From an uncultured Gammaproteobacteria bacterium (GTDB lineage Bacteria; Pseudomonadota; Gammaproteobacteria; GCA-002705445; GCA-002716945): a stretch of DNA of 48,648 nt. This document shows, one piece after another, positions 9,533 to 19,614 of the stretch. Position 1 is the stretch's first letter. The number at the start of each line of letters is the position of its first letter. The notes under the pieces were generated by a model. That model was given only the letters and a program-made list of their open reading frames with translations. It did no database searches and was not told where the DNA came from. The stretch lies in assembly GCA_902605525.1 (NCBI GenBank), contig CACLCV010000005.1:1-48648 (forward strand), read 5' to 3'. The translations under genes and the position numbers were made by a program.

Positions 9533-10615
9533 TTAATATTTATTTAGTTGCCATAGGCTTGCACTGCCACTTGAATTAATTAAGAATATTTCCCCTTTAC
9601 CATTGATTTCTATATCTCTTATTCTTCCAATGTCATCTTCAAATACAATATGCTCTTTTTTCACACTATTGTTTTCAAATTCCAACCTATAAAGAGTTCT
9701 AAATTTTAGTGATGTTATTAATACATCTCCATTCCATTCAGAAAAATCATCACCTTTATATATAGCAATATTGCTAACCGCAATAGAAGGCGTCCAAGTC
9801 CATATTGGTTTTGTGAATCCTGGTTCCCATGCATTTCCATTTCCTATCTGAGTACCAATATAGTTTTTTCCTCCCCATCCAATAATTTTCCAACCATAAT
9901 TTTCTCCGAATTTTACTTCACCAAAAAAATCTCCTCCTTTTGCTCCATGGTTTGATATATACACTTTCTTATCAAATGGTGAAAGATACATTCCTTGAGG
10001 ATTTCTCACCCCAATCTGATAGACCTCTGGAAGCCACGTAGGTTTATCTACAAATTTTGGATTATCTTCAGGTATTGATCCATCTAAGTTTATTCTTATA
10101 ATACTTCCTGGATGGTTAGTTATGTCTTGCGCAATCATTCCTTTGCCTCGTTCACCCACTGATGCAAAAAGATGTTTATCTTTTATAACAATCCGAGAGC
10201 CAAAATGGTATCCGCTGCTAATAGGCGGTTCTGCTTGAAATATGTTTTGAAAGTCTATTTTCTTTTCGTTATATAAGCCTCTAGCAATAGAAGTAGATGA
10301 ATTTCCATTCTCTCTATCCTCAGAATAGCTTACATATACATAACCATCTCTATAGAGAATGTCTAAGAGACCTCCTTGTCCATAGTAATAAAAATCAAGA
10401 TTATGTTCGATGATATATTTATTACCATTATTCATATCAATGCGAACTATATCACCGGTTTTCTCTGTTACAAGTAGAGTCTCATCATCAACAAAAGACA
10501 TTCCCCATGGCTCGCTAAGGTCGCTAGTAATTTTTAAAACTTTGAACTTTTCGTTTGAGGAAACACCTGTACTAAAATATATGAGAGACAAGAAAACAAA
10601 TATCAACCTAATCAT
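9533..10615 (-). CDS. PQQ-dependent soluble aldose sugar dehydrogenase (GSDH/YliI family)
   Basis: Signal peptide, PWGMSF, GQGGLLDI, HFGSRI, GERG, GSIPEDNP, GVRNPQG, NYGW, GRIRDI. Confidence 0.93.
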   Translation of the reverse strand: MIRLIFVFLSLIYFSTGVSSNEKFKVLKITSDLSEPWGMSFVDDETLLVTEKTGDIVRIDMNNGNKYIIEHNLDFYYYGQGGLLDILYRDGYVYVSYSEDRENGNSSTSIARGLYNEKKIDFQNIFQAEPPISSGYHFGSRIVIKDKHLFASVGERGKGMIAQDITNHPGSIIRINLDGSIPEDNPKFVDKPTWLPEVYQIGVRNPQGMYLSPFDKKVYISNHGAKGGDFFGEVKFGENYGWKIIGWGGKNYIGTQIGNGNAWEPGFTKPIWTWTPSIAVSNIAIYKGDDFSEWNGDVLITSLKFRTLYRLEFENNSVKKEHIVFEDDIGRIRDIEINGKGEIFLINSSGSASLWQLNKY

Positions 10616-10622
10616 AAATATA

Positions 10623-10628
10623 ATTATA
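10623..10628 (-). promoter_or_regulatory. Putative sigma70 -10 box for the sugar dehydrogenase block
   Basis: Perfect TATAAT 7 nt upstream of the ATG at 10615; no SD in between. Confidence 0.45.
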
Positions 10629-10645
10629 CAGCACGAATAGTATTA

Positions 10646-10662
10646 TTTCCTCCCCACCCGAA
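10646..10662 (-). repeat. Degenerate direct repeat of the tRNA-Arg 3' end (att-like scar)
   Basis: tttcctccccAcccgAa at 10646 versus tttcctccccGcccgGa at 12712: 14/15 then 15/17 identical; GC-rich in AT-rich DNA. Confidence 0.65.
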
Positions 10663-11050
10663 TCATACCTACCATTTTATATGATGCATTGAGTATATTT
10701 CTAAAATAGAAAGTGAATACTTGATTCAAATTAAGTATTATGTTGATTCATATTGAACTACTGCAGCAAGCATGCAGTGGAGGTCTCAAAATTTTATCAA
10801 TAGAAAATCAATAAACCATTATTTATATCATGTTAATATTATTTGTATAAGTGCTATTATTTTTTAGTGACTATTGGCTGTTTAAATTCTCTTATTCTGC
10901 TTAACAGCATTATAATTTACTATGGTGCTTATTATTACCATTTTAAAAATTTACCGATGGAATATCTCGCACTAATATTATTCCTTGCTTTGGGTAGCAG
11001 TTATGAATTGATATTGACAGGTAGGTGTCATTGAATTAGAGATACAGAAA

Positions 11051-11227
11051 ATGTTTAATTATTTTTTATTTATTATTTTTATTATTGGGTTAGTTTTAGC
11101 TAGAAAACTTGCGGTAAGTAAATCAACCGTGGACATACCCAAACAAATGGATTGGGCGATTAAATATCTAATATCATCTATTATTTTTGTAGGAATTGTC
11201 ATTTTTATATATATGGTAGCTATCTAA
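11051..11227 (+). CDS. Unannotated 58-aa two-TM protein
   Basis: Hand-translated: MFNYFLFIIFIIGLVLARKLAVSKSTVDIPKQMDWAIKYLISSIIFVGIVIFIYMVAI*. Stop lies 1 nt before the photolyase ATG. Confidence 0.6.
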   Translation: MFNYFLFIIFIIGLVLARKLAVSKSTVDIPKQMDWAIKYLISSIIFVGIVIFIYMVAI

Positions 11228-11228
11228 C

Positions 11229-12677
11229 ATGACAGATATCTTATGGTTTAGGAATGATTTGAGATTATATGATAATGAGTCATTTTCGAGAGTTGTTAAA
11301 AGTAATTCTGTGATTTTAATTTACATATACGATAAAACTTTAATAAATAGAAATACCGTATCATTTTATCATTTAAAATTTATCGATGATTCTTTGAAAG
11401 ATTTGTCCAATGAACTTAATGAGAAATACAACGCTTCATTAAATATTTATTATGATCATACTTTAAATGTGTTTAGACATTTATCTGAAAAATATCAAAT
11501 TAAGAATATATTTTCGAATAGAGTTTATAAAGAGAGAGCAAGTCAGCTGATAGACAACGACTGTGAAAAATTATTTTTATTCAAGGGTATTGAATGGGTA
11601 AAGTCTAATCAATTTGGGATACAAATTAGCCACCGTAACAGGAAAACTTGGTCGAAAGATTGGAGAATGTTCACAAGTAAAAAAATTAAACCATTAATTA
11701 AATCTGAATGTAATTTTATTCATGATCATAATTTTGAGTTTATTGATGTAGGTCGAATTAAAAACGACGAGTCAAAATACAGACAGTCAGGAGGTACAAA
11801 GGCTGCAAAAAATTTGTTAAGTAGTTTTTTATCTTCTCGTCATCAAAATTATCAATTCTTAATGTCATCTCCGTCATCATCAGAGTCTTCATGCTCTAGA
11901 TTAAGTCCTCATATAGCTTATGGCACAATATCAATCAGAGATATTGTCACACGTCTAAATTTAAAAATTGAAAATGAAAATAATGTCGACAAGAAGTCAC
12001 TCACCTCATTTAAAAAAAGGTTAGCTTGGCACTGTCATTTTATTCAAAAATTTTATGATGAACCAGCTATTGAATACCAAAACATGAATCGAGCGTATGA
12101 TGGACTTAGAGAAGATTCTTTTAATGAATCAAAATTTAATGCCTGGAAGACAGGTTTAACAGGCTTTCCTTTTATTGATGCTTGCATGAGATTTGTCAGA
12201 TCTACTGGTTGGCTAAATTTTAGAATGAGAGCTATGCTTGTATCTTTTGCATCTTACCAATTATGGTTAGATTGGCGTTTAACCAGCAAACATTTATCAA
12301 AATATTTTACAGATTATGAACCTGGCATTCATTATTCTCAATTTCAGATGCAATCAGGTACAACAGGTATCAATACTATTAGAATCTACAACCCTATCAA
12401 ACAGTCATATGATCAGGATCCACATGGTGAGTTTATAAGAAAATGGATACCTGAATTAACTGATGTCCCAGATTCGCTGATTCATGAACCATGGCGCTTG
12501 TCTCCAGCAGAGGAATTAGATTTAGGCATTAAGTCAGGAAATAATTATCCAAGTCCAATTATAGATAATGGCTTAGAGACAAAACGCGCAAGAGATAAAA
12601 TTTGGGAAGTAAGAAAAAGTAAATATGCGAGAGATCTTTCAATCGCTGTAGTTAACAAGCATGCTAGTAATAAATAA
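11229..12677 (+). CDS. Cryptochrome/DNA photolyase family protein, canonical domain order
   Basis: WFRNDLRLYDN, SRLSPHIAYG, AWHCHFIQK, TGFPFIDACMR, GWLNFRMR, DYEPGIH, DPHGEFIRKWIPEL. Subclass not assigned. Confidence 0.93.
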   Translation: MTDILWFRNDLRLYDNESFSRVVKSNSVILIYIYDKTLINRNTVSFYHLKFIDDSLKDLSNELNEKYNASLNIYYDHTLNVFRHLSEKYQIKNIFSNRVYKERASQLIDNDCEKLFLFKGIEWVKSNQFGIQISHRNRKTWSKDWRMFTSKKIKPLIKSECNFIHDHNFEFIDVGRIKNDESKYRQSGGTKAAKNLLSSFLSSRHQNYQFLMSSPSSSESSCSRLSPHIAYGTISIRDIVTRLNLKIENENNVDKKSLTSFKKRLAWHCHFIQKFYDEPAIEYQNMNRAYDGLREDSFNESKFNAWKTGLTGFPFIDACMRFVRSTGWLNFRMRAMLVSFASYQLWLDWRLTSKHLSKYFTDYEPGIHYSQFQMQSGTTGINTIRIYNPIKQSYDQDPHGEFIRKWIPELTDVPDSLIHEPWRLSPAEELDLGIKSGNNYPSPIIDNGLETKRARDKIWEVRKSKYARDLSIAVVNKHASNK

Positions 12678-12714
12678 ACTCAGATTATATAGGTAAGCAT
12701 CCATACTTGACTTT

Positions 12715-12787
12715 CCTCCCCGCCCGGACTCGAACCAGGAACTAAACCTTAGGAGGGTCCTGTTATATCCTGTTTAACTACGGGGAG
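12715..12787 (-). tRNA. tRNA-Arg(CCT)
   Basis: Cloverleaf CTCCCCG TA GTTA AACAGGATA TAAC A GGACC CT-CCT-AA GGTTT AGTT CCTGG TTCGAGT CCGGG CGGGGAG G; CCA not encoded. Confidence 0.95.
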
Positions 12788-12821
12788 ATATTTTTGTATA
12801 TTCTATAGTATAGTATGCAAT

Positions 12822-13457
12822 ATGAATATACTTTCAATTGACACATCAGGAAAATCATTTTCCCTAACTCTACTAAAAGATAATATAAAAACTTCATTTG
12901 TTGATACCACAGAGTCTGTTTCTAGCGAGTCTGTATTAGTTGAAATTGATAAATTAGTATCAGAATGTAAGATCACACCAAAGGATATTTGTAGTGTTGT
13001 CTATAACAATGGTCCAGGCAGTTTTACTGGCGTTCGTGTATCATCCGCTATAGTCCAAGCAATTGGATTCAGTAATAACTGTCCAGTTTATGGAATTAAT
13101 TCTCTAATGCTTATAGCTTATTCTCAGCATATGAAAAATAATATATCTAAAATTCAAGTTATCAAAAAAGCTTTTGGTGATCAGGTCTTCCATGGCCTAT
13201 TTCATCTGACAAGCGATTCATGTATATCGAATGATCCAATTAAAACATCTACATTTTCAGATGTAGAGATAGACTCTAATTATGTTTTAATAACTGATGA
13301 CAATAATATTATTGAAAATTCGAATGATGAACATCTACTAATAGATCATTTTGTTGGCTCAGAGCTTCTTATTGATTATTACAATATATACTGCGTGAAA
13401 AAAAATAATTTTGATTATAAAGATGCCTTACCAAGCTATGCTGGGCACACAATTTAA
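12822..13457 (+). CDS. tsaB: tRNA threonylcarbamoyladenosine biosynthesis protein TsaB
   Basis: ILSIDTS, GPGSFTGVRV, GINSL, C-terminal ALPSY. Confidence 0.9.
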   Translation: MNILSIDTSGKSFSLTLLKDNIKTSFVDTTESVSSESVLVEIDKLVSECKITPKDICSVVYNNGPGSFTGVRVSSAIVQAIGFSNNCPVYGINSLMLIAYSQHMKNNISKIQVIKKAFGDQVFHGLFHLTSDSCISNDPIKTSTFSDVEIDSNYVLITDDNNIIENSNDEHLLIDHFVGSELLIDYYNIYCVKKNNFDYKDALPSYAGHTI

Positions 13458-14320
13458 ATTTTAACGCCAATTTTTTGCCCCACTCTTATAGCTTGATTAA
13501 TTTTAAGGTCATCAGATAAGTTAATTTTATCCGTGAACAAAAGTATAACAGTAGAACCTGATTTGAACATTCCTATTTCATTGCCTTTATGGAAGCTAAT
13601 ATTTTTATTACCATATTTTGTAGAGATAACTTTTTTAGGCATGGGAGGGGACACTTCTCCTTTCCATTGAGTCTCTATTGATGATACATTAATTGCTCCA
13701 ACTAATATTACAGAAAAGAAAGAATCATTATTTTTAAAATGACAAACCAGTCGTTCATTTTTGGAGTAAAGGTTATTTATGCATTCAACTGCATGATCAG
13801 CTACACTAAATAATCTACCAGGTACATGAAGAGTCTTCATTAGTTTTCCAGTAAAAGGAATATGTACACGATGGTAATCTTTTGGTGAGAGATAAATTGT
13901 TAAAAAACTCCCATTATTATAGATGGATGACAATTCTTTATCATTAATCAGTAATTCTTTTATAGGAGTATTTTTACCTTTCACTTGTAATATAGATTCG
14001 TTTGTAATCTTTCCAAACTGTAGAATTCTTCCATCACAAGATGAAACAACAGAATTATTATCTAGATTAATCTTATGTACTCCTTTTTTGAGCTTACGTG
14101 TAAAAAAATCACAAAAGGTGTGATAGTTTTCAATATTTTCTTCTTCACATTCTTTAAGATTAATTTTAAAAATTCTTATATAAAGTTTAATCAGGTATTG
14201 AGTTAACGGATGATGTGTTCTAGTGATGATATAAGTAAAACGTGACATTAAATGATGTGGAACTAAATACAACCAATAGGAAAGTATCATTTTTTTTGCT
14301 TTTGAAAGGTAATTATCCAT
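13454..14320 (-). CDS. psd: Phosphatidylserine decarboxylase proenzyme
   Basis: FFTRKLK, QVKG, YLSPKDYHRVH, PGRLFSV, NER, VGAINV, F-K-SGST autocleavage site. Confidence 0.95.
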   Translation of the reverse strand: MDNYLSKAKKMILSYWLYLVPHHLMSRFTYIITRTHHPLTQYLIKLYIRIFKINLKECEEENIENYHTFCDFFTRKLKKGVHKINLDNNSVVSSCDGRILQFGKITNESILQVKGKNTPIKELLINDKELSSIYNNGSFLTIYLSPKDYHRVHIPFTGKLMKTLHVPGRLFSVADHAVECINNLYSKNERLVCHFKNNDSFFSVILVGAINVSSIETQWKGEVSPPMPKKVISTKYGNKNISFHKGNEIGMFKSGSTVILLFTDKINLSDDLKINQAIRVGQKIGVKI

Positions 14321-14400
14321 TTATTCGTATGTTATCGTTATGCTTGGTACATTTATACATGCTCCAATCAAATTTATCAGCAAATATATGATATTTTGTC

Positions 14401-14406
14401 TATAAT
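14401..14406 (+). promoter_or_regulatory. Putative -10 box for the aroC-purF operon
   Basis: Perfect TATAAT 20 nt upstream of the aroC ATG in the divergent psd/aroC gap; no clear -35. Confidence 0.35.
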
Positions 14407-14426
14407 GCAATAAAAATATATTAATT

Positions 14427-15485
14427 ATGTCAGGAAACACATTCGGTAAAATTTTCAGAGTAACCACATTTGGTGAAAGCCATGGGAAAGCACTTGGTTG
14501 CGTTATAGATGGTTGTCCACCTAACATTAAAATAGATGAATCTGATATTCAAAAAGACTTAAACAGGCGCAAACCTGGACAGTCTAAATATACTACTCAG
14601 AGAAAAGAAGATGACAAGGTAGAAATACTCTCAGGTATTTTCAATGGAGTCACTACAGGCACACCAATCACTTTAATTATTTTCAATAAGGATCAAAAAT
14701 CTAAAGACTATTCTGAAATTAAAAATAAGTTTCGTCCAGGTCATGCTGATTTTACTTATCAGAAAAAATATGGCATCAGAGACTATAGAGGTGCTGGAAG
14801 GTCATCTGCAAGAGAAACAGTTGCAAGAGTAGCAGCTGGAGCTATAGCTAAGAAGTTTTTAAATAAGATTAATAAAACAAAAATATTTGGATATGTCTCA
14901 CAACTTGGTGAGATCACGCCAGATAAAATAAAACTTACTGATATAGAAAAGAACTCTTTCTTTTTTCCTGATGGAAAAAAAATATCTGAATTAGAAAAAT
15001 ATTTGATGGGTATTAGAAAGTCCGGTGACTCTATAGGTGCGAAAGTTACTATTGTAGGTAAGAATATTCCTATTGGTATTGGCGAACCAGTATTTGACAA
15101 ACTTGATGCAATACTTGCTCAAGCAATGATGTCTATCAATGCTGTAAAAGGCGTTGAGATCGGAGCAGGTTTTGATGTGGTTACCCAAAAAGGTTCAGAA
15201 GCTAGGGATGAAATTAGACCTAAAGGATTTTTGAGTAATTTCTCAGGTGGAACACTAGGTGGGATATCGACTGGGCAAGACCTTAAAGTTAATATTGCAC
15301 TTAAACCTACATCTAGCATTTTAGTTCCTGGCAAAACGGTGGATATTAAAAACAAGCCAACTACAATCAGAACGAAAGGTAGACATGACCCTTGTGTTGG
15401 CATAAGAGCGGTACCTATAGCCGAGGCGATGATGGCATTAACACTATGTGATTTATATCTTCGCCATAAAGCACAAAATCTATAA
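14427..15485 (+). CDS. aroC: Chorismate synthase
   Basis: GESHG, RPGHAD, RSSARET, KPTSSI, GRHDPC. Confidence 0.98.
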   Translation: MSGNTFGKIFRVTTFGESHGKALGCVIDGCPPNIKIDESDIQKDLNRRKPGQSKYTTQRKEDDKVEILSGIFNGVTTGTPITLIIFNKDQKSKDYSEIKNKFRPGHADFTYQKKYGIRDYRGAGRSSARETVARVAAGAIAKKFLNKINKTKIFGYVSQLGEITPDKIKLTDIEKNSFFFPDGKKISELEKYLMGIRKSGDSIGAKVTIVGKNIPIGIGEPVFDKLDAILAQAMMSINAVKGVEIGAGFDVVTQKGSEARDEIRPKGFLSNFSGGTLGGISTGQDLKVNIALKPTSSILVPGKTVDIKNKPTTIRTKGRHDPCVGIRAVPIAEAMMALTLCDLYLRHKAQNL

Positions 15486-15495
15486 GTCATTTAAA

Positions 15496-16899
15496 ATGAA
15501 ACATACTCTATACGATAAAATATGGTCTGATCATTGTATTCATGAGAACGAGGATAAATCGTCTCTTATATATATTGATAGACATTTGATACATGAGGTG
15601 ACATCACCTCAGGCATTTGATGGTTTGGATATTAAAAAAAGAGATATCTGGAATAAGCAGTCTATTATGGCAACAACTGATCATAATGTACCCACTATCA
15701 ATAGAGACAGAGGTATCACAGATCCAGTATCAAAAATTCAAGTTGAGACATTAAGAGATAATTGTAAAAAGCATAATATTGAACTATATGATCTTGATAA
15801 CATCAAACAAGGTATAGTCCATGTTATTGGGCCCGAGCTTGGCATGACACAGCCTGGTATGACATTGGTTTGTGGTGACTCACATACTTCAACTCATGGT
15901 GCACTTGCATCTTTAGCTTTTGGAATAGGAACAAGCGATGTTGAACATGTTTTAGCAACACAGTGTCTTAATTTGACAAAAGATAAAAATTTTAAAATTC
16001 ACGTGAATGGAAAACTTAAGCCCTTTGTAACATCAAAAGATTTAATTTTATACATTATTGGCAAAATTGGGACATCTGGTGGAACAGGTTTTACGATTGA
16101 GTATGCAGGCGAAGCAATTACTGATTTATCTATTGAGTCAAGAATGACTATGTGCAACATGACCATAGAAGCAGGTGCAAAATCTGGTCTAATGGCTTTT
16201 GATAAAACTACACATGACTATCTAAAAGACAGAGAGTTTCTGCCCAGTAAAAAGCATTATGATAATGCCCTTAAGTATTGGGAATCATTAGTAAGTGATG
16301 AAAGTGCTCATTTTGATAGAACAGAAGTATTTGATGCTAATGATGTTGAGCCCCAAGTAACATGGGGAACGTCACCTGAGATGGTTACACCTGTGGATAG
16401 CAAGATCCCAACACCCGATACTGTGACCAATGAAGAGGAGTATATCGATACGCTAAATTATATGGGACTTGAACCAGGTGTAGAAATTAATTCAATACCT
16501 CTTGATAAAATATTCATAGGATCTTGTACTAATTCTAGAATAGAAGACTTGAGAGATGCCTCACAAGTAGTTAAAGGTGAAAAACTATCAAGCAGTATCA
16601 AACAGGCTATAGTTGTTCCAGGCTCAGGTCTTGTAAAAGCGCAAGCGGAAGCAGAGGGCTTAGATAAAGTATTCATTGATGCTGGCTTTGAATGGAGAGA
16701 TCCAGGATGTTCAATGTGCTTAGGCATGAATGATGACTTCTTACAACCATATGAAAGATGTGCCTCAACATCTAATAGAAATTTCCAAGGTAGACAAGGA
16801 GATAAAGGCCGAACACATCTTGTTAGTCCAGCCATGGCAGCAGTTGCTGGTATTAAAGGTCATTTTTATAATGTTAAGGAATTCATGAATGAAAAATAA
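15496..16899 (+). CDS. leuC: 3-isopropylmalate dehydratase large subunit
   Basis: [39 protein letters not shown]. In-frame ATG at 15496 ([10 protein letters not shown]) is preferred. Confidence 0.97.
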   Translation: MKHTLYDKIWSDHCIHENEDKSSLIYIDRHLIHEVTSPQAFDGLDIKKRDIWNKQSIMATTDHNVPTINRDRGITDPVSKIQVETLRDNCKKHNIELYDLDNIKQGIVHVIGPELGMTQPGMTLVCGDSHTSTHGALASLAFGIGTSDVEHVLATQCLNLTKDKNFKIHVNGKLKPFVTSKDLILYIIGKIGTSGGTGFTIEYAGEAITDLSIESRMTMCNMTIEAGAKSGLMAFDKTTHDYLKDREFLPSKKHYDNALKYWESLVSDESAHFDRTEVFDANDVEPQVTWGTSPEMVTPVDSKIPTPDTVTNEEEYIDTLNYMGLEPGVEINSIPLDKIFIGSCTNSRIEDLRDASQVVKGEKLSSSIKQAIVVPGSGLVKAQAEAEGLDKVFIDAGFEWRDPGCSMCLGMNDDFLQPYERCASTSNRNFQGRQGDKGRTHLVSPAMAAVAGIKGHFYNVKEFMNEK

Positions 16900-17527
16900 T
16901 AATTTTGAAGGGCAAGTTATTCCTATAAATAGAGATAATGTAGATACAGATTTAATCATTCCGAAGCAATACTTAAAATCTATTAAAAAATCTGGTTTTG
17001 GACCATTTTTGTTTGATTCACTTAGGTATACTACAACAGCTACGCTTGATAGTAACAGTGAAAGAATTGAAGTCTCATCTTTTATATTGAATCAGACACC
17101 TTATAAGAATGGCACAATATTAATTGCAAAATCTAACTTCGGGTGCGGGTCATCTAGAGAACATGCAGTATGGGCTATACAGAATTATGGAATTAATATT
17201 GTAATCGCTGAAAGTTTTGCAGATATCTTTACGAGAAATAGTTATGCAAATGGCCTTTTATTAATTTGCTTGGATAAAAATATCATTATTAAGATTATTA
17301 ATGATGCTTTGTCATCAGATTCTTATAAAATTATGGTTCATCTAGAATCTAATACTATAACTTTGCCAAACGAAGAAAATATATTATTTACTATTGATGA
17401 TTCTTATAAAGAGAGAATCTTAAATAACTTAGATGATATAGAATTAACCTTAAAATATAAAAATAAAATTACTGAATATGAGAATAAAATAAAACAAACT
17501 AAGCCTTGGCTATTTAATAATGAATAA
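16889..17527 (+). CDS. leuD: 3-isopropylmalate dehydratase small subunit
   Basis: [30 protein letters not shown]. Confidence 0.97.
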   Translation: MKNNNFEGQVIPINRDNVDTDLIIPKQYLKSIKKSGFGPFLFDSLRYTTTATLDSNSERIEVSSFILNQTPYKNGTILIAKSNFGCGSSREHAVWAIQNYGINIVIAESFADIFTRNSYANGLLLICLDKNIIIKIINDALSSDSYKIMVHLESNTITLPNEENILFTIDDSYKERILNNLDDIELTLKYKNKITEYENKIKQTKPWLFNNE

Positions 17528-18596
17528 AAAAAATATACTAATTTTCCCAGGAGACGAAATAGGTCCTGAAATTACAACTGAAGCTATAAAGGTTATTGAT
17601 TATTTTAATGAGTCCAAGTTAACAAATATATCATATGATTTTGCAGATATTGGAGGTGCAGCTCTTGATAAATATGATACTCCTATTAAAACTGATGACT
17701 TAGATAAAGCAAAAAAGTCAGATGCAATTTTATTAGCAGCTGTGGGTACTCCCAAGTATGATAATAATCCTCGAGAGAAAAAACCAGAGCATGGTCTTTT
17801 AGCTCTTCGAAAGCATCTTAATTTATTTATAAATATTCGACCAATATTTGTTTTTAATTCTTTGTTAGGATATTCATCTTTAAAGTCAGAGCTTATAAGT
17901 GACTTGGATATTGTGATTATCAGAGAACTAATAGGTGATGTATATTTTGGAGAGCCTAGAGGATTTAAAGACATTAACGGAGAAAAAGTAGGTTATAACA
18001 CAATGTTATATTCAGAATCTGAAGTACAACGTATAACTCAATTTGCTATAGAAACTGCTAAAAAAAGGCAGAAACAGATTACATCAATTGATAAGGCCAA
18101 TGTTCTAGAGTGTTCACAATTATGGCGTCAGACTGTTGATCGCATGATGATTAATCATAGCGATATTGATCTACAACATATGTATGTTGATAACGCTGCT
18201 ATGCAAATTATAAAAAATCCTAAACAGTTTGATGTTATTTTGACACCAAATTTATTTGGCGATATCTTATCTGATGCCGCATCAATGTTAACTGGTTCTA
18301 TAGGACTATTACCTTCTGCTTCATTATCTAATGATACTGGAATGTTTGAGCCCATACACGGGTCAGCACCTGATATAGCAGGCCAAGGAATAGTAAATCC
18401 ATTAGCAATGATACTATCCTTAGCTATGATGTTTGAGTATACTCTCGATAAACCTGAGCTCTCTAAGATAATTAAAAAAGCTGTTGATGAAGTGCTTAAT
18501 GATGGATATTACACAAAAGATTTATCTTCTGAAGACTTTATCTCAACATCTCAAATGGGCGATATGGTTTTAGAGAGAATAAAAAAACAATGTTAA
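17520..18596 (+). CDS. leuB: 3-isopropylmalate dehydrogenase
   Basis: GDxIGPE, DKANVL, NLFGDILSD, EPIHGSAPDIAG. Confidence 0.97.
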   Translation: MNKKNILIFPGDEIGPEITTEAIKVIDYFNESKLTNISYDFADIGGAALDKYDTPIKTDDLDKAKKSDAILLAAVGTPKYDNNPREKKPEHGLLALRKHLNLFINIRPIFVFNSLLGYSSLKSELISDLDIVIIRELIGDVYFGEPRGFKDINGEKVGYNTMLYSESEVQRITQFAIETAKKRQKQITSIDKANVLECSQLWRQTVDRMMINHSDIDLQHMYVDNAAMQIIKNPKQFDVILTPNLFGDILSDAASMLTGSIGLLPSASLSNDTGMFEPIHGSAPDIAGQGIVNPLAMILSLAMMFEYTLDKPELSKIIKKAVDEVLNDGYYTKDLSSEDFISTSQMGDMVLERIKKQC

Positions 18597-19612
18597 AGAA
18601 AAAAGATAAATACAATATTGCAATAGTAGGTGCTACGGGAATAGTAGGAGAATCTTTATTAAGCATTCTAGATAGTAGAAGCTTTCCTATTAATGGCATT
18701 CATGCTGTTGCTAGTCAAAAATCTAAAGGAGTAAAAGTCAAGTTTGGCAATCATCTACTCACAGTCGAAGCATTAGATGAATTTGACTTCAGTAATATTG
18801 ATATATCGTTTTTCAGTGCAGGAGGGTCCATTTCAAAAGAGTATGCACCCAAAGCAGCCTCGCAAGGTTGCATAGTTATAGATAATACATCTGAATTTAG
18901 ATATGTTGATAATATACCCCTAATAGTTCCAGAGGTTAATCCGAATGATATCGATAAATATAAAGAAACTAATATAATTGCCAATCCAAATTGCTCGACA
19001 ATACAGATGCTTGTTGCACTAAAGCCGCTTCATGATGAATTTGGTCTAGATAATATTAATGTCTCCACATATCAAGCAGTATCAGGTTCAGGCAAAGACG
19101 GTGTAGAAGAATTACTTCAGCAATCATCATCTTATATAGATCAAAGAACCATTGAAAAAAATGTCTATCCTAAACAAATTGCATTTAATACAATACCTTT
19201 TGTAGATTGTTTTCTGGACAATGATTACACAAGAGAAGAGATGAAAATGGTATGGGAGACACAAAAGATTTTAGATAAAAGTATTAAAGTAAACCCTACA
19301 GCTGTAAGAGTACCTGTACTTGTAGGTCATGCAGAGAGCATTTATATTGAAACAAAAAAGGATATTAATATTGATATAGCAAAAGAGGTACTTAGAAATT
19401 TTAGTGGTATTAAACTTATTGATGATACTGAATCTATCGATTTTCCAACTCCTTTTGAGCATGGTCATGGTACAGATGATGTTTATGTTGGGCGTATCAG
19501 AAAAGGATTAGATAAAAATAATACTTTAAATTTATGGGTAGTAGCTGATAATGTAAGAAAAGGTGCTGCGCTTAATAGCATTCAGATTGCAGAATATTTA
19601 ACTAGGAGTTAA
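18590..19612 (+). CDS. asd: Aspartate-semialdehyde dehydrogenase
   Basis: GATGIVG, ANPNCST, TYQAVSGSG, RVPV..GH, DNVRKGAALN. Confidence 0.97.
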   Translation: MLKKKDKYNIAIVGATGIVGESLLSILDSRSFPINGIHAVASQKSKGVKVKFGNHLLTVEALDEFDFSNIDISFFSAGGSISKEYAPKAASQGCIVIDNTSEFRYVDNIPLIVPEVNPNDIDKYKETNIIANPNCSTIQMLVALKPLHDEFGLDNINVSTYQAVSGSGKDGVEELLQQSSSYIDQRTIEKNVYPKQIAFNTIPFVDCFLDNDYTREEMKMVWETQKILDKSIKVNPTAVRVPVLVGHAESIYIETKKDINIDIAKEVLRNFSGIKLIDDTESIDFPTPFEHGHGTDDVYVGRIRKGLDKNNTLNLWVVADNVRKGAALNSIQIAEYLTRS

Positions 19613-19614
19613 TT

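Noticed and set aside
10843-11034. 63-aa TTG-start ORF and nearby short hydrophobic fragments
   Set aside because: No SD and no recognisable motif; may be decayed gene debris, but I cannot support a call.
12712-12787. tRNA-Arg lacks encoded CCA and has two G-U pairs in the anticodon stem
   Set aside because: Post-transcriptional CCA addition is common and the cloverleaf is otherwise canonical; not a pseudogene.
14321-14527. 68-aa minus-strand ORF upstream of psd
   Set aside because: Mostly antisense to aroC and spans the divergent promoter gap.
17544-17573. LeuB GDEIGPE instead of GDGIGPE
   Set aside because: Single substitution at a position that varies in the family; all other motifs are intact.
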